A DNA stretch of 63,611 nt, filler included, from Lenisia limosa (lineage: Eukaryota; Protista; Breviatea), in NCBI GenBank assembly GCA_001655205.1. It is 10 parts of 10 records of this genome, joined end to end, with 100 filler letters (N's around TTAATTAATTAA, not from the genome) between each part and the next. Parts side by side here need not be neighbours in the genome. Positions count along the whole stretch, not along the records: positions 38,004 to 46,928 come from LPNZ01007403.1; positions 47,029 to 50,171 come from LPNZ01000651.1; positions 50,272 to 52,819 come from LPNZ01002868.1; positions 52,920 to 54,241 come from LPNZ01004895.1; 6 more parts are not named here. One strand, 5' to 3'. Below, one piece after another: positions 40,408-52,922 of this stretch. The notes under the pieces are model-generated. The model ran no database searches and was not told the DNA's origin. It worked only from the letters and a program-made list of their open reading frames with translations. The first letter of the stretch is position 1. Every line of letters starts with the position of its first letter. Made by a program: the position numbers and the translations under genes.

Positions 40408-42228
40408 TCACGCCCTGTTAAAAGCCTGTCTTTTGACTCCTCCCCTGCCTGAGACGGAAACCTATCACTTTCCAAAGTAAAGTAAATATTTCGAATTTTG
40501 CATTTCCCATTATTATAATTGCACTATTGCAAAAATCTGAAAGTGTAAATGTGTGAATACTTCTGAAGTTCGTGCGTGTCCAAGAGAAAAGAATGTGTTT
40601 GAGGAAGTCTTCATTCTTAAAACACACAGAACTAAGTGAATATTGATGAGTTGCATGTAAGACTAGGGCGAAGCGCAAAGAGTCATATCTGGAAGACGGA
40701 ATGCAAACGCTGGGACTTCTCTCTGTGAAAAATCAGTCAAAAACGTTAGAGCGTTAATGCAAGCATGTAGGATTAATCAGTATTAAGAATTTGGGATAAC
40801 TCTTTCCCAGTCTTGTGAAGACGGGTTTGATGTTAATTAGATAAACCGATAAGAGTATACAGCATTGTACATAGGAATCTGTCTCCAAAAATTCTTATAC
40901 ATACATAGCTAGCCGGAAGACGTAGGATTTTTCCTTCGTGCTTTTCCAAAAGTTGACAATATTTTCTTTCGGCAGCACTTATGTTACAGTTTTTACTTAC
41001 ATAAAAACATAAAAACATATGATATGTATATCGATATATATATATATCAATCCTTTTTCACGGTAAAGCGAGGTTCTGAGAAGAAAATCATTTTTGCAGA
41101 AACGCTGCTCCACAATATCAAGTAAAATACAAGTATGAATTAAAAGCACCCACCAACCTCAAGCGCTACAGACTCACAGACGAACTCGTCATCCTCCATC
41201 GCATAGCACATCTGCACGGGAGTGCCTGCAAGATGAGATCTGATATTTCGGTATTTCAAAAGAGAAATACAACTATCGAGGTTTGACACCTGAAAAGCCC
41301 ATTGCACTCCGCCCCCAATTAAAAAAAGTGATCATAAAATGAAATCCATATTAAATATAGTAATCCCTTCCCTCCTCCTCATACTATCAATAAGGTTGAT
41401 ATACTGTCTAATGATGAAGTGACTTCCTGAAACAACCAGACTTGCCTCATAAATTTCGGTCTGTGGATTGTTAGATATATTATTCAATGTAAAAACCAAA
41501 AAGCCATATCGGATATCGGATTTCTTACCAATAATGCCTGAACCGCATCATATGGAAATGAAGGTCACCTATGACAAATTATCCCAACTCCCCACCAAGT
41601 GTTCCTTATAAAAGGCCAACTCTCCGGTTGAGTAGTGTTTCGCTTCAAATTCAGTAAAGTCAGCTGTCATAGTAAGAACAGGATACTCATTCCAATTCAT
41701 ATTGACTATATCTCCGCTCACGCTGGCTGTCAGTCACGCTACAGTTGACACCACCATCCACTCCGCTGAAGGTGTAAATTTTAGAGTCTTGGATGTATGA
41801 TGAAGACGCCATTTGCCCTTCAAGCGTTTGAGTAGTCATCATCTAGAATTGTAACATCTAGCCAAGACAGACCATAAAGCCATACCCGCGCGCGCCAACC
41901 TTGCTGTTGAAATATGCTCTACCGAAAATAGATGATTCATCTGCATTGCCGTCACGAACATAGACCAAACTAAACTCCTTCGGGTATACCCTACGAGGTC
42001 AAGGAATGTGACCTGTGGTTTATCGACAAATGAATAAATAACATATAATATACATAGAAATATACAATGACCGGGTTCTGGCTTTAACTTAACAATAAAT
42101 AACTCTCTTAAAATGTTATATCTTAGCAAATACACCCCCTCCAACCATAAATCACCCTTTTTGGCTGCAGCCATAACAACAAGAGTGAGAATGACGGTGT
42201 TGAATAAGGCCCAGAATGATTTCACCAT
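40408..42228 (-). CDS. Multi-exon putative secreted protein of unknown function
   Basis: MVKSFWALFNTVILTLVVMAAA (signal peptide); exons SYIQDSKIYTFSGVD|ASVSGDIVNMNWNEYPVLTMTADF; TPVQMCYAMEDDEFVCESVALE. 3' exons uncertain. Confidence 0.45.
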
Positions 42229-43141
42229 AACTGTGAGGGGGGGGGAGTAAAATGAAGTAAAACGAAGGAAATTTCGATGAAGATATTGCTGTTAAGGTAC
42301 AAATCACGAACCGAATAATCTGAAACTATAACAAACAAAAAACAAGCAATAACAAACACGAGGATCCGAGAATCTAAAGTGTGTTGTGTGATGGTGCTTC
42401 AAAACACCAACATGCACCCTCCAGGTGCTCCATGTGATCAAAATCAAAAAAAAAAAAAAAAANNNNNNNNNNNNNNNNNNNNNNNNNNNNNNNNNNNNNN
42501 NNNNNNNNNNNNNNNNACAATGATTTCCCTCAGATATGTCATATTGGAAAATACATATCATATGGATTTCGTATGGTTTACAAAGATGGAACCGGATAGA
42601 GAACCAACATACCTATATACTACTTATCAACCAATAAAAAAAAAACTGAAAAAAGTTCCACTTAAAGGAAAGGATGGGTCGAGGGTAGCGGACCACAGTT
42701 GTTATGCGATTTGCATCTCTCTCCCCTGTCCTCCTCCTCCTGGGTGTGCGTTTTCTGCGCTGTTTTTCATAGTAGTATAGTAGTATGAGTCTGGCGTGAG
42801 TGATTGAAATGAAAATAAAATCCCATCAAGGCCTCCATTCTCCAGGCACCGGCGGAGGTGTAATAAAACTCTTCAATCGCTCTCGCTCCCACACTGATTT
42901 TTGCACCAGTTGCCCAACTGACGTTGCACTGACGCTTTATTGATGCTGACATACCTCCTCCCCCCAACCTCCGAACACATCTCCCTCTGATCCTGCCTGC
43001 CACACCTACTTCACTTACATACATACCATAATTAATTAGTTTACTTGTGTACTGCCAACACTTTGAACACAAGGACACTACGCATCAACTCCTCCTGCAA
43101 TCCCACTGATCAGTACACCACCATCACTTCAGAGATTCGAT

Positions 43142-46100
43142 ATGGCATTTCTTGCCCCATCTTTCCTCGACTCAATCTTCAAGGTTTGTTGGACTGGAGG
43201 AGAGGGATAGAATAAAAACACTCCATAACTTTAACCCCCCCCCCCGCTACTAGTATAAGCCACATTTTGTCATATTTGCATTTGCAAGGTGGGTTATTTG
43301 CTTCTTCTAACATCTTGGTGTTGTGATATTGGATTTGATATTCTCCTTATCCTTTCGCATTTTCGTTTGCTTATTCCATTGGCAGACTGACGGCTTCCCC
43401 ACATCCACCACTGCGGATCAGACTGACGTTGAAGCGGTGAGGGGGCAGTAAAGGACGTTTCAGGTGCAGGATTTTTAACTTGGTATTATAATGTGAAGTG
43501 TTGCAGTTGTAAAACTTAAATTGTATTATTCGAAATGACTGAGATTATAATGATGATGATATCTTTGGCCATATTAGTTACAGATCATTAATCTTTTTAG
43601 GGTGTTCTCAAAGAATTTGAATCGTTTGAAGATCTAGCTGATCTTGAAGAAAAGTAGGTTTTGAGCGGTACATCTTACATCAAGTATTAGATTATTTCCC
43701 AATAAATCTTCAAATAGTGCTAGCATATCGATCTATCATATCCCATTACAAGGTAATGTCATGAGAGTACATCTGTTTTTCTAACACCGCAGTGTCAAAT
43801 TGTTGCGGACCAAGCACAGGGGCTATGCAATGTACTGTCTCACGGCACCCTTCGCTTCCTATATGGAATCTCTATGTAAGGGGTTTTAATTTGATATGGA
43901 ATCTCTATGTAAGGGGTTTGGGGGTTTCAATTTGATATGGAATCTCTATGTAAGGGGTTTCAATTTGAAATGGAATCTCTATGTAAGGGGTTTTGGAATC
44001 TCTATGTAAGGGTCTCTATGCAAGGGGTTTTAATTTGTCCGGTGCCTCCTTGTATCTTACCTTCCATAGCGGCTAGCATGCCGTGGTTGGCCTTTTGGAG
44101 TTGTCGAACACTGGAGTTGACTGGGGGAATTCCCGACCACCTCGTGGATAAGTAGGTTGGTTGTATGTTGTGCCTCCCATAGAAAGTCGTTTAGATTAGA
44201 TACATTAGTTCTCCTGTTTATTGATAAGTAAAAGCCCGATATTATTGCATATGTTACTGCTGTCAGAGTTGCGGCACGGGTTTTGTCCTTCGAGAGCCCC
44301 ACTGGAGGCTTTGGCGGTGGCGTGGGGCAGGTGAGAAGGGGGTCTTGAGGGCTGTGTATTACGGAATTTTTGGTACCCGGCTCCCAGCAATTGGCTGCAA
44401 TGTCACTTCTCAGGTTCCGCATATTCTGACTACATTCTCCTCAATCCATTGTCTGGCGATGGTTAAACCTGAGGCACTCCTCCAAGTAAACCGGTAGGCG
44501 ACTAGGTTGTCACCGTTATTATTATTGTCTTCTGACATCACCCGCGATACCATATCTCAATAACTGTTACAGGACTGCGTTATACCGTTTCCTCAAGAGC
44601 TGCAAGCATGAATGTGGAGGCTTCATGGCGCATCACAACGGAGAAGTAGACACCAGGTTTGGTGTTCATGTGTTATTGTGATAGTATCCTTTCGCCCTTA
44701 TACTCTATTCTACCACTATATGAATATGTATGTCCTTTTGACAGCCCCCCTTTATGATATTAGGATAACATTTGGTGCACTCTCCACTGCTCGGATTATG
44801 AATCTGCTCACTGAAGAAATCACAGAAGGACTCTCAGATTGGCTGGTTAGGTAGATGGGGATGCCTTCTCATTTGTTAGGCAATATGTAGCTTGATATAA
44901 TTATCCTTTTCTGCCGTTATGCGTGAGATATCACTGACTTCTTCAGCTGCCAAAACTTTGACGGTGGCTTTGGTGGAGAGCCCTTCAACGAAAGTCATGG
45001 TGGTTACACGTACACGGCTCTGGCTTCTTTGGCTTTGGTGAAGTCCTTGCATCGAATTGACCTTCTTGCCGTTACAGTAAGCGTCGTTCGAACAATGTGT
45101 ACCTACATTATCTGCTTATTGCTTATTTTTTCTTGAAAACCTACCTATGTAGATTTACTTTTTGATTTCATAGAAATGGCTTGTTGACAGACAGTACTCT
45201 TTTGAAGGGGGTTTCAATGGAAGACCTAATAAACTAGTGGACGTCTGTTACGCATACTGGCAATGTAGGGGATTTGAACAGTTGTCCTTGAGATTCCACA
45301 TATTACCCTCATGCTGAAGTGCACTGCGCTTGCTAATCGTAAAATTTGTGATACAATACCCCATTTCCCTTGTTTGGTTTTGACAGTCTAGCTGCCTCTT
45401 TCCCAATCATTGATCGTGTGTTGCCTCAAGAACATTTACCAAAAGGTGAGTTCGGGTTCTTTGGTAAAGCAAGTGCAGGTGGGATGTGGTCCCGAAAGGT
45501 GTTCTTTTCCTTTTTTTTTTAATATATATTTGGACTTCCCTTCCCTCCCAAGACTGTTTTACCTTTGTCTCAGATCGGTCCACTTATTTTTTTTTAAAAA
45601 AATCCCTGAATAATCTTCACAGAAATCTCTTGTCAAAACAGGAGTATGGAGGGCTCATGGCTTTTCAATCAGCATGCCCTCCAGGTCAGCCATCTCAGTA
45701 ACCAGGCATTTCAGTATATTTCTTTCTCTGCTGTGAATTTCCCTTCACCAGAACAGCACTACATTCTCGTCGCGAGCCAGGTGCCAAAGGGAGGCTTCAG
45801 AGACAAACCTGGAACGTAGGGGAGGGGGAGGGAGGCTTCAGAGACAAACCTGGAACGTAGGGGAGGGGGAGGGGATATTTCTTTTGGATTTGAAAAAGTC
45901 CTATTGAAGTCACACNNNNNNNNNNNNNNNNNNNNNNNNNNNNNNNNNNNNNNNNNNNNNNNNNNNNNNNNNNNNNNNNNNNNNNNNNNNNNNNNNNNNN
46001 TCATCGCCTTGATTTTGATAACTATATCTCATATAATGATATAGAAAAATAGTAGATGATATTGTAATTGGATTTACCATTACACCATTCACATTATCAG

Positions 46101-46776
46101 ATCAAGAGATCCCTACCATACCTGTTTTGGTTTGTCCGGTTTGAGCATTGCCCAAGCAGCTCGAGGTTCTTTGGAAGCTGCTGATGGTGGGGGGGGGGGG
46201 GGNNNNNNNNNNNNNNNNNNNNNNNNNNNNNNNNNNNNNNNNNNNNNNNNNNNNNNNNNNNNNNNNNNNNNNNNNNNNNNNNNNNNNNNNNNNNNNNNNN
46301 NNNNNNNNNNNNNNGGGAGGGCTCTACTCTATTGTCTATCAACTGACCAGCTGCAGGAGATTGGACAGATGTTGATTCAGAGGGAAGCAATGCTTCAGGT
46401 GTGCTGGGTTCTCTTTGTTTTGACTTTTGACGAATTAAACTTGTCCTTCACCAAACTCCAAATTCCATTTTTCAGTGTTTACCAATATGTTTACTTGGTA
46501 AGGGTTTGCTGCTAAAAGGTAGTATACGATGGCGGATTTGACGGAGTAGCCGGAAGTGAGTCGACATTTATCGACGCGTGGTGGCAAGGTGATGGTGAAT
46601 ACGCCTGTCAAACAACGACGTTCAGTGAGGGACGACAAACCGTGACCGGCATTGCGACCAACGCTGTTGTAGGCCTTACTCTATCCCTTCTTTCTGGAGC
46701 TGTTGATCTTCTTCTGTCTTATTCTTCAGCCAGCGACGCACCCCCTACACATAATATCACCAACTGCCGTGCATGA
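43142..46776 (+). CDS. FNTB: Protein farnesyltransferase subunit beta
   Basis: [16 protein letters not shown]; ASMPWLAFW (human W102/W106 equivalents); [12 protein letters not shown]; [14 protein letters not shown]; [22 protein letters not shown]; [25 protein letters not shown] (Zn ligands D/C); GGFRDKPG|[18 protein letters not shown] (Y361/H362 equivalents). Confidence 0.93.
43860..44030 (+). repeat. ~32-bp tandem repeat x5 (atatggaatctctatgtaaggggttt..) spanning an FNTB exon end and donor
   Basis: Direct inspection; the first unit overlaps coding TATATGGAATCTCTAT|GTAAGG. Confidence 0.9.
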
Positions 46777-47062
46777 CGCGATGTGTCTCTTTGAGGACGT
46801 AACTGCTCCCGATATGTGATGCTTTCTGTTTCTCTGATGGTCTTCTGTTGTTTTAGTGTATATATAAAAATAAGGTACTAGGTTGTTAAGTAATATACAT
46901 TGTTTTATTATGACATATTGGAGGTGGANNNNNNNNNNNNNNNNNNNNNNNNNNNNNNNNNNNNNNNNNNNNTTAATTAATTAANNNNNNNNNNNNNNNN
47001 NNNNNNNNNNNNNNNNNNNNNNNNNNNNCCCCCCCATACTAACCCCATAAACCCCCACATAC

Positions 47063-49713
47063 TAACGTCGGAGTTAGCAGCATTGATAAGGTCCGCAACC
47101 ACATCGTGGGAGCAATCTGAAGGAAAGTCAAGAAAGGACATTATATCATCTCATATATAGTACTATAATGAAATAAAAAATATGTAGAAATGATGGGAGG
47201 TGGGAAATGTCTGGGTAAGTGAAGGGACAATACCATAGATGCTAATATTATTATACGATTAAACATCATGGGAGCAATCTGAGGGGAATTCAAGAAAGGG
47301 TATTATTTCATATAATAAACAATATGTTGAAATGGTGGGAGGTAGAAGCAAACTAGGGGTGTTTCAAGAGAGGATAGAATTTCTAATTGTGTACTATTTA
47401 CAATAGAATATCATACAGTTTTAAATAATAAACCAATATGAGAAGACTCTTTCAGCTCCCTGGCCGCAACAAAGACTCCATCCCCCTCACCAAGCATTCT
47501 CTCAATGTCAACAACATGGAAAAACACCATAATTTTAATGACCAGGAGCGCGTCGTCTTTGGTTCTGGGTATGGTAAATTATAATTGCAACAAGGTTTCA
47601 CTTCGGTTCGAAAAAGACCTACACAATATCGATAGTTTTCCTTACCTGACATCGGGGACATTGTAGTACATAGAGTCGGAGATGGTACGCAGAGTTTGGA
47701 ACTGGATATGTTAGATTTATACGACTCCAGGAAATTAATTTTTAGGAACTAATTAACAAAATTGTATTTAAAGTGTCTTAAATGGTTCACAATTGGATGA
47801 GATGTAGCAATGAGAAATTAAAACAAAAAAAAACAAGGTTGTATCTGGCCGANNNNNNNNNNNNNNNNNNNNNNNNNNNNNNNNNCAATCATTTGCCTTT
47901 CAACTCTACGCACACAGCTTTCTGTGTGCCACCCCAGCATATACTTATACATTATTATATCATATGACCGATAGTATAAACAAAAACAAAACAGAACACG
48001 CAATTACAATAACGCTCCCCACCTTAAGACCATTGGGCACTTTGCTGGTCTTTCCATCAACTGAGCCATGCCACGAAAACTGGTGGGCCTGAGGGAAGGA
48101 GGGAGTAAAATTGGAAAATTTCTGAAACAAAAAGCACAAAATCAACTCTGTTGGCTGAAAACACACGAGGGTTGATAACAACAAAACAAACGAAGCCCAG
48201 ACCAGTCGCTTCAGCAGCACCGCATCCCATCACTCCAGGCCAGAGGGAGAGGGGGAGTAAAAATGAAAAAACAGCATATCAATTTTGTCAAAATTTTAAC
48301 AAAATATCACCTCCTTTAAACCCAACAATCATTAGGGCTTCACTTCGGTTCGAAAAAGATCGGTAAATAAAATATCGATAGTTTTCGAAGATTTATCGAG
48401 AAATTCAGTCTTTTTTCGAACCGAAGTGAAGCCCTAAATAGCATTCCCCAACCCCCACCCATTCCGAGGGACTAGGGAAGAACACAGCGGGGCCATGGAT
48501 CAGCCGTCTCGTGACGTCACCATCCTTCTCAGTGTACACCACAATACAGTACCTGAGGGGTATGATTATATATTATAGCAATGAGAAATAAAAAAATAAA
48601 GATGTATCTGGCTGAAGCCGTCCACACCATCACCCTTATAAGAGATATTGGATGATAGTATAATATTAATGCACCCAATCCTTTGCCTTACAACTCTGTG
48701 CACACAACTTTCTGCGTGCATGAGAAGTGTGATTCTAACAATATGTTCCTGGGGTCTCCCGTAATCATATATTATATGACATATAATACTATATATCGAT
48801 ATAGGGCTATATGCATATGATATTACTGACTACAAACATATCATATTATTGCATATCCAGTTAAGCCCCACCCCCACCCGGAAGAAACGTTAATAGCAGC
48901 CTTAAGCGCAATGTATTCGTGTTCTGTGGGGNNNNNNNNNNNNNNNNNNNNNNNNNNNNNNNNNNNNNNNNNNNNNNNNNNNNNNNNNNNNNNNNNNNNN
49001 NNNNNNNNNNNNNNNNNNNNNNNNNNNNNNNNNNNNNNNNNNNNNNNNNNNNNNNNNNNNNNNNNNNNNNNNNNNNNNNNNNNNNNNNNNNNNNNNNNNN
49101 NNNNNNNNNNNNNNNNNNNNNNNNNNNNNNNNNNNNNNNNNNNNNNNTAGCCAGAAACTCCTTCTGGGACGCGGACACGAGACGCAGGAACTGGTACTTA
49201 GACCCCCATAAATGAGGTCGGGCTGGGCCCTCCACGTAGGTGGCACGACCGTTCTTCTTCCAAATAAGCTGGGGGGGGGGGTGAAATTGGACAATTAATG
49301 AAACAAAAAGCCCAAATCAACTCTGTTAGCGCGTAGGTTTTGTAAAATTAGATAATATATGTAGTACATACATATAGTATATAATATATAGTACATATAT
49401 AATGACCATAATAAACCTTGACCGATTTCCTCTATGAAATTCACAAGGAAAATTGGCCAATACTTATCCTGGCCATTGTATATAGCTACATATCATTGTT
49501 TGTATGAAACAAAATCCCAAAGAGCGTGGGGGAGGAGGGGTATTATATATATATAAAAAAAAAAGAGCATGGGGGGGGGTGCATGCTCTCCAGAGTTGAT
49601 TTGGGCCCTTTTTTTAACAACATATCATTGTTTGTATGAAAACAAAATCCCCACCCCACCCACCACAGCTTCACCATCCTTGACAGTCAAGTGGCCATGC
49701 TTCGACTTTGGTG
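47063..49713 (-). CDS. Major-vault-protein-repeat / SPFH(band 7)-like protein, partial (3' part lost in the gap at ~46930-47030)
   Basis: Spliced: LTVKDGEAV|LIWKKNGRATYVEGPARPHLWGSKYQFL..SQKEFLA; EHEYIALKAAINV; YCIVVYTEKDGDVTRRLIHGPAVFFPSPSEW|AHQFSWHG; FQTLRTISDSMYYNVPDVR|TKDDALLVIKIMVFFHVVDIERML|DCSHDVVADLINAANSDV. The repeated V-x-GP motifs and an SPFH-like C-terminal part were recognised by eye. Confidence 0.7.
48089..48270 (-). mobile_element. Intronic repeat family A (introner-like), most complete copy; other copies at 1-31, 11962-12080, 32004-32134, 33300-33379, 36859-37020, 38113-38240, 42231-42365, 49269-49330, 51223-51275, 58915-58979, 60125-60229
   Basis: Shared GAAGCGACTGG..TTGTTTTGTTG..CAGCCAACAGAGTTGATTTTGGGC..TTTCATAAATTTTCCAATTTTACTCCCC..AG. 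Subfamily: GTTTCAGATTATTCGGTTCGTGATTTGTACC..ATCGAAATTTCCTTCGTTTTACTCCCC..AG. Confidence 0.8.
48333..48436. mobile_element. ~100-bp MITE with TAGGGCTTCACTTCGGTTCGAAAAA TIRs (hAT-like termini); full copies also at 58304-58403, 58759-58858, 59425-59522; partial copies at ~47594, 49895, 50275, 50737, 51567 and 63529-end
   Basis: Near-perfect ~25-bp TIRs, with the conserved core AATATCGATA..GATTTATCGAGAAATTCAGTC shared by all copies. Confidence 0.85.
48575..48720 (-). mobile_element. Intronic repeat family B (~150 bp); other copies at ~6571-6640, 10445-10475, 21175-21330, 29150-29310, 36575-36625 (opposite strand), 39905-40000, 47805-47945, 51085-51140, 53035-53225, 54075-54180
   Basis: Shared + strand text GCAATGAGAAATAAAAAATAAGGTTGTATCTGGCCGAAGCCGTCCACACCATCAC..ATAAGAGATATTGGATGATAG..CACCCAATCATTTGCCTTACAACTCTGTGCACAC. 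Confidence 0.8.
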
Positions 49714-50449
49714 CTGCGAAAGTAAGAGATCAATCGTAATGATTCTCATTAACTGTTATACTTATAGGTGAGAATGAGAGTTATCGATATTTTGATGATG
49801 TTTTTCAACGTAGGGAAGCCCTAGTATGTAAGGTGGCCGGGGTGGATGTAAGTTAAGTGAGAGAGAGATACCCTAAGGACATCCTCCTGGTCCCAAAAAA
49901 GACTGAATTTCTTGATAATACCTTGATATTTTACAATGACCGTGGGGAAGAGAAGCCACCAAAAAAAAATAGAGAATGTTTCAAATATTTATCAGCTTTA
50001 TAATGGATCTCAAACTCACCATTTTAAGAGTATTTTGACCCCAGGATTTTATTTTGTTTAGTAGATATCACATAATATATAATCTCTCATCTGAACTGAC
50101 CCAAGATCCAAAAATTTTTGTTTCCAAAATAGTAAAACTAAAAAAACACGGGACACTATAACTTGTCATACNNNNNNNNNNNNNNNNNNNNNNNNNNNNN
50201 NNNNNNNNNNNNNNNTTAATTAATTAANNNNNNNNNNNNNNNNNNNNNNNNNNNNNNNNNNNNNNNNNNNNTTAGGTTCCAAAAGAGTTCAATAACTATC
50301 AAGGATTTATCGAGAAATATCGAGGATTTAACGACTGTTCAGTCTCGAAATGAAGCTATCTATGGCCTCAATATAATGGTGTTATATAATCCTAATAGAA
50401 ATCGGTAAAGAAAGTGTTTCAAACCTTTGTTGTATGACCGCAGATAGGA

Positions 50450-52745
50450 TGAGGAATATTGACTCCGAATTGGCATGGACACGGACTTGTCTGATCACAA
50501 CTAGATAAGTGACAGAGTGCCACTGGTATTGGAACTCTTATCTTCGTTCATCATTTCGAATGGAAAGTAAGTCATATCGAGATGGTCAAATCACATGTGG
50601 ATATTGGTCAATATACGGAAGGGTAGTTGTCCAATATTGAGACAGATATCATATGATATCTATTTTCTGCCAGACCGACCCATGGCTTTTTTGGTTTTTA
50701 TATCTATTAGATAACCGGCTTAACATCCACCATCATTAGGGCCTCACTTCTGTTCGAATAAGTCTTGTAAAATATCGATAGTTTTCTAGGATTTATCGAG
50801 AAATTCATTATTTTTTGTGATCTTAAGTGCAGCCAAGCCATCATTTAGAACCAAATTATCGCAAACCATGACGCTACTGCAAAGTGCCCGCATGGTTGGG
50901 TGAATTTCGAGGGTTGCTTGCAAATTGCATGTCCATGACAATTCTGAATAGTTAAAGATGTCAATTCTGGAGATCACAAGAGAGCAACGGTAATTTTGTG
51001 ACATGTCAGTATGTTCGGTTTCAAGTTTAAATTCCAAGCGATATATCCAACTTTTATTGTTATTTTATAAGGACGAGAAATAGAAATTAGGAGTATTTGG
51101 GCGAATCCATCCACACCGTCACACTTATAAGCGATATTGTTAAAAACGAAAATGTTTAACGAACCTTTGTGCATTCTCCATGAGTGTCACACTCAAAAAG
51201 ACAAGGAGAAGAGCATTGCGGGCTGAGGGGGTAAGTAAGAGACAAAGAAAGTTGCCCAAAATCAACTCTGTTGACTCATTAACAAAGTGGAGCATTCTCT
51301 TAAAAAGCGAACAAACTATCGCTAACACGATTAATAAAAAAAAAAGATCCTTCATGAAACAAGAAATCCAAACGCTGGAATACAAATATTACAAAAGTAA
51401 CAACACATAGGAAAAACAAGAGAACTCCGAGAACGTTATTCCTGGTACAGAAGCCAACCCCCCACCGTCTTATCAAGGGTCCAGTTGAAGATAGGGGGGT
51501 AACGGAAGAACGGCAGTGCGGACACATCAGTAACCAATCTATTATGTGAGAGACTTTCTTTTTTCTACCGAAAGTGAAGCTCTAGTGTTGAACCCACCAT
51601 CAACCGGCCCTTTGTTCGATTCGTCAAAAGCATCTACTACCTAAATAGTTAATTCAGTATTAGAAGCACGTTCCTTTCAATATTGCCATATATAAGTCAC
51701 AATTAATGGTTACGGTACCCTGTATTTCAACGTGTCATTCTTCTTGAAAACAAACCAACATAACAGCAATTAGTGTGAAATGTACATTTTTAAGACCTTT
51801 TTCCAGCACGGCGATTTTGAAACAAGGTGCTCGTTTCCAATGATCACGAAGCCTGACCTTGCTCTTGAACCTAATGGGGGTTATATAATGGTAATGGGGG
51901 TTGTATATAATTAAATCCATCTTACATGAAACAACAGCACGGTTCTCTAGTCGTAGAAATTCGGTCAATTGGGTGGTTCGAGTGAGGCTCAAAATGATAA
52001 TCTGTGGGAGGGGTGTGAGGCTTGGGGGGGGGGGGANNNNNNNNNNNNNNNNNNNNNNNNNNNNNNNNNNNNNNNNNNNNNNNNNNNNNNNNNNNNNNNN
52101 NNNNNNNNNNNNNNNNNNNNNNNNNNNNNNNNNNNNNNNNNNNNNNNNNNNNNNNNNNNNNNNNNNNNNNNNNTCTTTCCTGAGCTAAGCCGTAGGTAGA
52201 TCCAAGGATCACACTAGCGATCAGTCCACATCATCATGTTATCAGGGATCTTGGATTATATAGTCTCAGAATGAAGTAATCTATCATGTTTATAATTAAT
52301 GTTGATATTATAATAGTGAAAGATTAGGCTTCGTGATCATCGGAAACGAGCACCTTGTTTCAAAATCGCCATCCTGGAAAAAGGTCTTAAAAATGTATAT
52401 ATATTTCATATTAATTGCTGCATTTCATATTATAAGGGATATTGGTTAATAGTATCAGAGTGCAGCCGTCCTCACTATATATAATTAAAACCGCTGATAA
52501 CACAAAACAACAAATGTTCCCCAGATATATGGTCCAAATGTGTGTTTCTGTTGTCTCAGATTGAAGACTTATTTGTTTTAACAACAAAGCATAACACGTT
52601 CAGATATGAAGTGGCCAGGGTCAAAGTAACAATTATACGTAATTTCCGAAATTGGGTAAAATTCCATGTTCCCAAATAACTAATTACCCACAGCTTCCTC
52701 TTTCTTCCCCAGGATGGGAGGGGGAGGACTGGCGTCGGGGAGGAA
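50450..52745 (-). CDS. Fragmentary exons of an unidentified gene
   Basis: GT-AG bounded exons LVTDVSALPFFRYPPIFNWTLDKT (~51455-51530), RNALLLVFLSVTLMENAQ (~51165-51222) and PPPPILGKKEEA (~52690-52730); linkage unproven. Confidence 0.3.
51764..52420. repeat. ~95-bp inverted-repeat pair (51764-51854 / 52326-52420)
   Basis: cagcaatt..acatttttaagacctttttccag..gattttgaaacaaggtgctcgtttcc.atgatcacgaagcct and its reverse complement, with few mismatches. Confidence 0.85.
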
Positions 52746-52922
52746 AACACCAGCAAAAATACGCCCTTTGAAAACTAACAAAATAGCACCATGACACACA
52801 CGTGGTTGGGGGGCGGGGCNNNNNNNNNNNNNNNNNNNNNNNNNNNNNNNNNNNNNNNNNNNNTTAATTAATTAANNNNNNNNNNNNNNNNNNNNNNNNN
52901 NNNNNNNNNNNNNNNNNNNACA

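Noticed and set aside
48325-48445. 8-bp TSDs for TAGGG-MITE copies at 48333 and 58304
   Set aside because: Flanks do not match (ACAATCAT vs AATAGCAT; ACAGTATG vs GTGGTTAA), so the hAT assignment rests on one copy only.
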